Origin: a virus
Taxonomy: Duplodnaviria > Caudoviricetes
Virus record (IMG/VR): IMGVR_UViG_3300026311_000016
Coordinates: 5,615 to 69,614 of that record
DNA: 64,000 bases
Strand: one strand, 5' to 3'
Shown here: positions 57,603-64,000 of the stretch, one piece after another
Layout of the letters: each line of letters begins with the position of its first letter
How positions within the stretch are numbered: position 1 is the first letter of the stretch
Translations under genes and position numbers: made by a program
The notes under the pieces: model-generated
What the model was told of the DNA's origin: nothing
The model's input: the letters and a program-made list of their open reading frames with translations, nothing else
Database searches by the model: none

Positions 57603-58708
57603 GTGAACGTAAATTAGCACATATTGAAAGAGTTATCGATCTACAACCTATTCAGGGAGCAGATCGTATTGAAACAGCCACAGTTCTGGGGTGGCAATGT
57701 GTAGTTAAAAAGGGTGAAGTTAAGGTAGGTGATCTCGTTTGCTATATCGAGATCGATTCTATAGTTCCAGATATTCCCTACTTTGATTTTATGAAAGAAA
57801 GAAACTTTAGAGTTCGAACAATTAAGTTGCGTAAACAGATAAGTCAGGGATTAATCGTCCCCTGTAGACAATATAAAGATGGGTGCTTGCTACCTCTCGG
57901 TTTAACTGGTACTCTGGCTGTTTATCGCGAAGGAGATGACGTAACAGAAGCCCTTGGTATTGTTAAATATGAATCACAGTCAGATAAGGAATCTTCTGGT
58001 AATTATTTACCAAAAAAGAAGTATCCGTGGTATATTAGATACTTAACTAGGTATCAATGGTTTAGACAACTGACGGGGATGAAAAGTAAGTCATTTCCAG
58101 ATTGGATTAGTAAAACTGATGAAACCAGATTACAAAATATGCCTGGTGTTTTGAATAATAAATCACAAACTTTTTACATCACTGAAAAACTTGATGGTCA
58201 ATCAGCTACATACTGGTATAAACATCACTGGTTAAATCCTGAGTTTGGTATATGTAGTAGAACTGTTCGTAAATCAGAGAGTGATGGGAGTAATTGGAGT
58301 GTGGTAGCAAAGAAACTACAACTAAAACAGCGTTTAAAAGCATATTATAGTACAACTGAAAAACAAATAGCTATCCAAGGCGAAATTATCGGAGATAAAA
58401 TCCAGGGGAATAAATATAAGATTGACGGATTTGATTTTTATGTGTTTAATGTATTTTTTATTGATGAGAAAAGATACGCTAACATAAGTGAGATTCAGTG
58501 GGTGTGTAGACAATTAGATCTAAAAACTGTCCCATTAATAGAAGATGGATTTGTTTTAAAACCCACAGTACAAGAAATGGTTGAACTATCTAAAGGTAAA
58601 AGTATATTATATCCCATAGATCGAGAAGGTATAGTTGTTAGATCACATGATCAGCAAATTAGTTTTAAAGTTATCAATCCAGATTTCCTATTAAAGAACG
58701 AGGAGTAA
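57599..58708 (+). CDS. ATP-dependent RNA ligase with an N-terminal OB-like domain (DRB0094/Rnl2-like)
   Basis: TEKLDGQS, IQGEIIG, FYVFNV, REGIVVR, FKVIN; start moved to ATG 57599. Confidence 0.9.
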   Translation: MSERKLAHIERVIDLQPIQGADRIETATVLGWQCVVKKGEVKVGDLVCYIEIDSIVPDIPYFDFMKERNFRVRTIKLRKQISQGLIVPCRQYKDGCLLPLGLTGTLAVYREGDDVTEALGIVKYESQSDKESSGNYLPKKKYPWYIRYLTRYQWFRQLTGMKSKSFPDWISKTDETRLQNMPGVLNNKSQTFYITEKLDGQSATYWYKHHWLNPEFGICSRTVRKSESDGSNWSVVAKKLQLKQRLKAYYSTTEKQIAIQGEIIGDKIQGNKYKIDGFDFYVFNVFFIDEKRYANISEIQWVCRQLDLKTVPLIEDGFVLKPTVQEMVELSKGKSILYPIDREGIVVRSHDQQISFKVINPDFLLKNEE

Positions 58709-58858
58709 ACTATGAAAACGGTATCAGTACCTAACTGGTTTTTCGAGCATCCAGACTACTATGATAAAAGAAATGTTAGAAACGTATGGGAAGAAGAATG
58801 TAAAGATCTAACTGAGGAGGATGAAGATGATTCACAAGAAATTGACTGGAGGTAACTA

Positions 58859-59200
58859 ATGAAAGGGAAATATGTAGCATATAACTGTATATATGATGAA
58901 ATCGAAGAGTTTAACACATTCGAAGAAGCCGTTAAATGGTTAGAAGCGATAGATTATGATGAAGGTATACCGTATGAAGTTGTTGATGGTGGGAATTTCA
59001 TAGCTAAAATCACACACAGAAGTAAGTACAAAATAACAGATTCTAAAGACAAATATTGTCAAAAAGTAGAAAGTTATAACGATTGTGTGAATTGTGAAAT
59101 TGGTGAAGACGATTGTGAAACTGAGCCTTGGCCTTATAGCGATGATGTTGAAACTGTCGGAGAAGTTATTTATGAGGAGGTAACTAATGGAACATTGTAA
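58859..59200 (+). CDS. acidic hypothetical protein
   Basis: RBS GGAGGT. Confidence 0.5.
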   Translation: MKGKYVAYNCIYDEIEEFNTFEEAVKWLEAIDYDEGIPYEVVDGGNFIAKITHRSKYKITDSKDKYCQKVESYNDCVNCEIGEDDCETEPWPYSDDVETVGEVIYEEVTNGTL

Positions 59201-59489
59201 TGAAGAGATAGAGGCCACGATGGAAACTCATGGCATAGTAGACTACTTCTATGTTGGAGTGAAGTTAGACGGTACTAGAGTGAGTGGGTTTGTCTGTGGT
59301 AGTGATAAACCTGATACGTCTGTTACTGAACGTATGCAGAATCTTGTTGGGATGATTGAGGCCAATAAGCAGGAGTTGATATTTGGTATAATACAGCAGA
59401 AGTACTGTGAGTGTGGTGAAGAGATTGATGAGGATGATATGTCGGATATTGATGGTATCCTGGGTTTAGATGAGGAAGGGATTGAGTAA
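59187..59489 (+). CDS. acidic hypothetical protein
   Basis: RBS GAGGAGGT. Confidence 0.5.
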   Translation: MEHCNEEIEATMETHGIVDYFYVGVKLDGTRVSGFVCGSDKPDTSVTERMQNLVGMIEANKQELIFGIIQQKYCECGEEIDEDDMSDIDGILGLDEEGIE

Positions 59490-61268
59490 ATGGTTAAACT
59501 TACAGAAGAACAGATAAACGCTAAGATTCAGTTTATGAATCAGTACATGAACGCATCTAACGCAGCATCGGGATCTACTCTCGATGCCAATGCTAATGTT
59601 TCATCTAAAAATATAGCGACACTTACGGCTGAGATGTATAAAGATTTCACTATTCAGATTAATAGAAAACTAATTCAAAATAAGATCGAACAGCGATTTA
59701 CTAAAAAACTAGCAAAGCAATATATAAGAGATATCGAGGATCATCTGATATATGTCCATGATGAGTCAAGCCTTTATCCGTATTGTGTATCTATTTCTAT
59801 TTACCCGTTTCTGATTAACGGTCTAAAATCTTTAGGTGGTGAGTCCGATACACCAAAACACCTGGAATCTTTTTGTGGTTCGTTTGGCAATCTGATATTT
59901 GCTATATCATCACAATTTGCTGGAGCTGTTGCTATTCCTGAATTTTTCTTGGCGTTTGATTATTATGCCAGAAGGGACTACGGTGATAACTATATAAAAG
60001 AACAGAGTTATCTTATCAAACAAAAATTTCAGCATATTGTCTATGTTTTAAATCAACCAGCTGCTGCCAGAGGCTATCAGTCAGTATTTTGGAACCTGTC
60101 CACATTCGATAAATACTTTTATGATGGACTTTTTTCAACATTTGTATTCCCTGATGGGTCTAAACCTAACTGGGAAACCATTAATAGTTTACAAAAGTTC
60201 TTTCATTCGTGGTTTAGAGAAGAAAGAGAAAAAGCTCTATTGACGTTTCCTGTTGTAACCCATTCATTTCTAACTAATGGTAAAGATGATGTTATGGATA
60301 GTGAATGGAAAGAGTTTGTTGCTGACGAATTATCTAAAGGGAACGAGTTTTTTATATATACAAGTCCAACAGTAGATTCACTATCATCGTGTTGTAGACT
60401 GAAAAACTCTTTAGTTGATGAGTTTAGTTATTCATTAGGAGCTGGTGGTGTTCAAACCGGATCTAAAAATGTAATAACTATAAACATAAATCGTGTAACA
60501 CAAGAAGGTGTGGATTTAAATCAACTAATTGATAGGATACATAAATACCAGGTTGCATTCAATGATCTTTACACCGAATATTTTGAAAAAGATATGTTGA
60601 GTGTTTATAAAGCTGGATTTATTGATCTAAAGAAACAATTTTTAACAATCGGTATTAACGGAGTTGTTGAAGCTGCTGAATACCTTGGTTTTGAAATATC
60701 AAACAACGAGGAATACAAGGACTGGTTATCAAACTTATTATCGAATTTTAAAAACAAAAATAAGATAGCATCTGCTAAGTATGGCGTTAAGTTCAATACT
60801 GAGTTTGTACCAGCAGAGAATCTTGGTGTTAAAAACGCAAAGTGGGATATTGCTGATGGTTTAAGAGTTAATCGTAACACATATAATTCATATATGTATA
60901 TTGTTGAGGATGATTCTCTTTCTATATTTGATAAGATGGAACTTCATGGAGGAAAGATAATAGATAATCTCGATGGAGGATCGGCGTTACATTTTAATAA
61001 CAACGAACGATTAACCAAAGAACAATATCTGAGAATATTGGAAGCGTTAGTAAAAACCGGATGTAACTATTTTTGTGAAAATGTACCAAAAACCATTTGT
61101 AACGATTGTGGTTACATACATCCAAATAACTCAGAACGTTGTATCAAGTGTGGTTCTACCAACTTAGATAAAGCAGTTAGGGTTATTGGTTATCTTAAAC
61201 GTATAAAAGATTTCTCACAAGACAGACAACACGAAGCGTCTATGAGGTTTTATCATGCTAAGGTATAA
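59490..61268 (+). CDS. nrdD: anaerobic ribonucleoside-triphosphate reductase (class III)
   Basis: YVHDE, PYC, SSCCRL, EFVPAENLG, CNDC..CIKC, RVIGYL (glycyl radical site). Confidence 0.95.
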   Translation: MVKLTEEQINAKIQFMNQYMNASNAASGSTLDANANVSSKNIATLTAEMYKDFTIQINRKLIQNKIEQRFTKKLAKQYIRDIEDHLIYVHDESSLYPYCVSISIYPFLINGLKSLGGESDTPKHLESFCGSFGNLIFAISSQFAGAVAIPEFFLAFDYYARRDYGDNYIKEQSYLIKQKFQHIVYVLNQPAAARGYQSVFWNLSTFDKYFYDGLFSTFVFPDGSKPNWETINSLQKFFHSWFREEREKALLTFPVVTHSFLTNGKDDVMDSEWKEFVADELSKGNEFFIYTSPTVDSLSSCCRLKNSLVDEFSYSLGAGGVQTGSKNVITININRVTQEGVDLNQLIDRIHKYQVAFNDLYTEYFEKDMLSVYKAGFIDLKKQFLTIGINGVVEAAEYLGFEISNNEEYKDWLSNLLSNFKNKNKIASAKYGVKFNTEFVPAENLGVKNAKWDIADGLRVNRNTYNSYMYIVEDDSLSIFDKMELHGGKIIDNLDGGSALHFNNNERLTKEQYLRILEALVKTGCNYFCENVPKTICNDCGYIHPNNSERCIKCGSTNLDKAVRVIGYLKRIKDFSQDRQHEASMRFYHAKV

Positions 61269-61719
61269 TGATGTTAGAGTAACATTCCAGGAGATACCCA
61301 ATGAGGTATCTCTTACTTTCTCTATTACAGGATGTCCTTATATGTGTGAAGGATGTCATTCTCCAGAATTAAGAGAAAGTTTTGGAGAATGTTTAACAGG
61401 TGAAAAAATGGTAGACTATATAAACAAAAATCCGTTTATTACATGTGTTACTTTTTTAGGAGGTGATAACGATTTTCGTTGGTTTACATATCTCGCATCT
61501 ATAATTAGAAAAAATAACAAAAAAGTAGCTCTGTATACTGGTTCTGATGAAATAGATGTTGACTTCTATAATGTAGTTGATTATCTCAAGATCGGTCACT
61601 ATGATAAACATAGAGGTCCTTTGACATCTAAAACAACCAATCAGTGTCTAATAAACACCAAGACTGGTGAAGATATCACATATCTATTCTGGAAGGAGCA
61701 AACTTATGACACCAAATGA
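61255..61719 (+). CDS. nrdG: NrdD-activating radical SAM enzyme
   Basis: FQEIPNE, GCPYMCEGCHS, FLGGD, SKTTNQ. Confidence 0.93.
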   Translation: MLRYNDVRVTFQEIPNEVSLTFSITGCPYMCEGCHSPELRESFGECLTGEKMVDYINKNPFITCVTFLGGDNDFRWFTYLASIIRKNNKKVALYTGSDEIDVDFYNVVDYLKIGHYDKHRGPLTSKTTNQCLINTKTGEDITYLFWKEQTYDTK

Positions 61720-61891
61720 ACTAATAGAAATCAGTAAACGGAACGATGATTACTGTATCAACAATGATTGTTTCTGTGAACAGTGTCCGTTAGGTAAAAG
61801 AAGATGTCTACGATGGTACAGTGTAGAACTAACATCTGAAACAGCAGAAGAAAGAGCTATCAAAGCAAAGGAGTTTTTTGATGGAAATTAA
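61706..61891 (+). CDS. Cys-rich small protein
   Basis: CINNDCFCEQCPL; start moved to MTPNELI. Confidence 0.45.
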   Translation: MTPNELIEISKRNDDYCINNDCFCEQCPLGKRRCLRWYSVELTSETAEERAIKAKEFFDGN

Positions 61892-62303
61892 GATTAAACT
61901 GTATAGTGAGAACGCTAAAGTTCCCACTTATGCCAATGAACACGACGGCTGTTTTGACCTATACGCAGCAGAGTTGATACACGATCCTGCTAATGGTATA
62001 GTTGAAGCCAAGATAGATGTTGGTTTTGATATACCAGAAGGATATGTGGGTTTGATATTTCAACGTAGCTCTGTGTATAAAACACCACATTTACTTAGAA
62101 ACTGTGTCGGTGTAATTGATCATGGGTTTACTGCTCCTATCACCTGTAAGTTTCTATATGTTACTAACAGTCCAGAGCAGTACAACGTCGGTGATAGAGT
62201 AGCACAAATGATGATTATACCAAGACCTAAGATTGAGTTTACTGTGGTGGAGGATTTCGGTAAAGAATCAAGAGGCGGATGGGGGTCAACAGGAAATGGG
62301 TAA
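61878..62303 (+). CDS. dut: trimeric dUTPase
   Basis: GCFDL, QRSS, GVIDHGF, GDRVAQ, RGGWGSTG. Confidence 0.93.
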   Translation: MMEIKIKLYSENAKVPTYANEHDGCFDLYAAELIHDPANGIVEAKIDVGFDIPEGYVGLIFQRSSVYKTPHLLRNCVGVIDHGFTAPITCKFLYVTNSPEQYNVGDRVAQMMIIPRPKIEFTVVEDFGKESRGGWGSTGNG

Positions 62304-62781
62304 ACGAACAAAGATGGGTAGTTTGATTCATTCTGTGTGGGGATCTTTGAATATTAGATGCTCGAATGGTAAATATAGAAACATAAGAACAAAATCAAAA
62401 TGTAAAGCTTATGATAACATTCTTTTACTTTTAACCAGAGAGGAATTAAAAAATTATATTTTTAATAACTGGGAATATATAGATAAACTAAAAAGACCGT
62501 CGATAGATAGAATTGATTCCACAAAACATTACACTTTAGATAATATTAGATTTATAGAATTGATTGAGAATATTAAAAGAAGAAAGGTAGGAAATAGTTA
62601 TGTTAACGGCCCAAAATCAACAATTAAGAGAGGTATTAAAAAAGCCAGAAATGGAAAATTTTATGCAAGAATCTGTATAAATAGAAAAGAGAGACATATA
62701 GGAACTTTTGAGACAGCAGAGGAGGCTTATGAAGCTTTTAAAACAGCTTACGAAAAATATTATAATACATCTCCTTGGTAA
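62296..62781 (+). CDS. HNH homing endonuclease with an AP2 DNA-binding domain
   Basis: PSIDRIDS.KHY..DNIRF; KFYARI.I....HIGTF.TAEEA..A; start placed at ATG 62296, overlapping the dut stop. Confidence 0.75.
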   Translation: MGKRTKMGSLIHSVWGSLNIRCSNGKYRNIRTKSKCKAYDNILLLLTREELKNYIFNNWEYIDKLKRPSIDRIDSTKHYTLDNIRFIELIENIKRRKVGNSYVNGPKSTIKRGIKKARNGKFYARICINRKERHIGTFETAEEAYEAFKTAYEKYYNTSPW

Positions 62782-62900
62782 GAATGATCCAGTACACAAC
62801 TGTAAGCTCTATAGAGAACAAGGATGTTCTCATGTAGATGGTATGTTATGCGATTTTCCTAACTGTAGTATGAACAATGAATATGTAAAGGAGAAAGATA

Positions 62901-63578
62901 ATGAAGGTAAGAGCAATTGAAACAAGTGGGTTAAACGATATAACAGCAGGTAACATATATGAAGTAATTGATTCGGATGGCGTTTATTATAATATAATTA
63001 ATGATAAGGGCATTGAACGGCGGGTTTTCACACAGCGTTTCGAAGTAGTAGACGAGGAGAAGAAACCAATGAGAGTAAGGTGTATAGATGATACTCAGGC
63101 AGAAATGCTTACATCTGGTAAAGAGTATGATGTTATTGCTGAGGAGTCATTTTCTTATAGAATAAAGAGAGATGATGGAAAGACTGCCAATTTTCTAAAA
63201 GATTGGTTTGAAGTAGTAGAAGATGAAGTCAATAATGTAGATCCAGTACCAACACCCATACCTGAGCAGTGTTATTTGAAAGTAGATAACCCATCTTATT
63301 CATCACTTAAACGTGTACTGGATATGGCATACGATCAGGCGTCGTCTGGTAAAGGTAAGGAACGTCATGCTAACAATGACACATTTGAGAGCCAACCAAT
63401 ATGTCAGATACCTCGTTATCAGGGTAGTATAGACTTCGTTACTGGTCAGGCTATCAAGAAGTGTTTAGAGGTCACTAAACTGCCTACGGTGGACGCTAAG
63501 GTACGTGAACTGTTGGGAGCTATCAACTACATAGCTGCGGGTATTATCGTGCTGCAGGAGGGTTCTGATGGGAAGTAA
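62901..63578 (+). CDS. two tandem SH3-like repeats fused to a conserved helical phage domain
   Basis: repeats VR.I.......T.G..Y.VI......Y.I..D.G......FEVV; AYDQA..GKG.ERHA...ELLGAINY. Confidence 0.6.
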   Translation: MKVRAIETSGLNDITAGNIYEVIDSDGVYYNIINDKGIERRVFTQRFEVVDEEKKPMRVRCIDDTQAEMLTSGKEYDVIAEESFSYRIKRDDGKTANFLKDWFEVVEDEVNNVDPVPTPIPEQCYLKVDNPSYSSLKRVLDMAYDQASSGKGKERHANNDTFESQPICQIPRYQGSIDFVTGQAIKKCLEVTKLPTVDAKVRELLGAINYIAAGIIVLQEGSDGK

Positions 63579-63840
63579 TAATCTATTAGATCATATATCT
63601 TTAAGTCAAAAGATTATCAATGTAAAATTAAGAGAAGAATCTGAACTCCGTAGTATATTTGGAAGTGAACCAGATCCTAATTATGTACCGAGAGAAACAG
63701 AAGTAATAGAATCACCATCTGACATACAACTACTTAAACGTATATGTAAATATAAAGACGATGGGTCTATCGCTTGGGAAGAGTATGTGGATCAGGATGG
63801 TAATGAATGGGTTAAACGTGAAGATGTGGAGGATTATTGA
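63568..63840 (+). CDS. hypothetical protein
   Basis: 90-aa ORF in operon. Confidence 0.45.
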   Translation: MGSNNLLDHISLSQKIINVKLREESELRSIFGSEPDPNYVPRETEVIESPSDIQLLKRICKYKDDGSIAWEEYVDQDGNEWVKREDVEDY

Positions 63841-64000
63841 ATGGAAATTAAACTGATAGAAATAGGGGGCTTCAAAGCCCTCTTTGATAGTCAACGTAAT
63901 CCTAAGAAGTCTGGTCATAAGTCAGATACAGTAGGTGATTTTTTTCTTGATAACGCCAGTTGGAATTTTACAAGGACTCATTATTCACTATCATACGGTA
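63841..64000 (+). CDS. partial ORF, possibly ThyX-like
   Basis: MEIK...GF.A....RNP..S..KSD resembles the N-terminus of phage ThyX-like proteins; truncated by the window end. Confidence 0.3.
   Translation, partial: MEIKLIEIGGFKALFDSQRNPKKSGHKSDTVGDFFLDNASWNFTRTHYSLSYG

Noticed and set aside
61559-61587. TTGACTTCTATA inside nrdG
   Set aside because: The -10 position reads TATCTC, and the motif is explained by codons VDFY
1-64000. CRISPR array, DGR/retron reverse transcriptase, invertase shufflon, integrase, stop-codon recoding
   Set aside because: No repeat-spacer array, RT motifs or recombinase seen; long ORFs are intact in the standard code

Overview
AT-rich 64-kb segment of a tailed dsDNA phage. 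No integrase or repressor is recognisable. Portal, adaptor, nozzle and ejection-type genes suggest a short P22/T7-type tail, and nrdD/nrdG suggests an anaerobic or facultative host. The genome has two divergent arms. The minus-strand arm (1-32,924) carries lysis genes, a 2130-aa virion protein, other internal virion proteins, tail, capsid, scaffold, portal, both terminase subunits and small accessory genes, including a GGQ release-factor homolog and a GIY-YIG protein. A mostly non-coding hinge (about 32,950-34,850) holds back-to-back promoters and two candidate structured RNAs. The plus-strand arm (34,855-64,000) carries many small early genes, then exonuclease, AAA ATPase, SSB, family B DNA polymerase, primase-helicase, nucleotidyltransferase, resolvase, phosphoesterase, a GC-rich orphan type III Mod-like methyltransferase, RNA ligase, nrdDG, dUTPase and an HNH-AP2 endonuclease. 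The most unusual observations are: (1) a nested split-gene arrangement in which the nozzle gene and a PKD domain are each cut in two around a tail-fibre cassette; (2) two structured ncRNA candidates in the hinge; (3) a terminase with a second, catalytically degenerate nuclease domain; (4) a repeated promoter class TT[G/T]ACTTCTATA-N11-[C/T]ATATT, with one copy giving an apparently leaderless mRNA and another an immediate terminator; (5) duplicated 32-aa micropeptides paired with a duplicated hairpin. All family assignments come from motifs recognised by eye; no database search was run.
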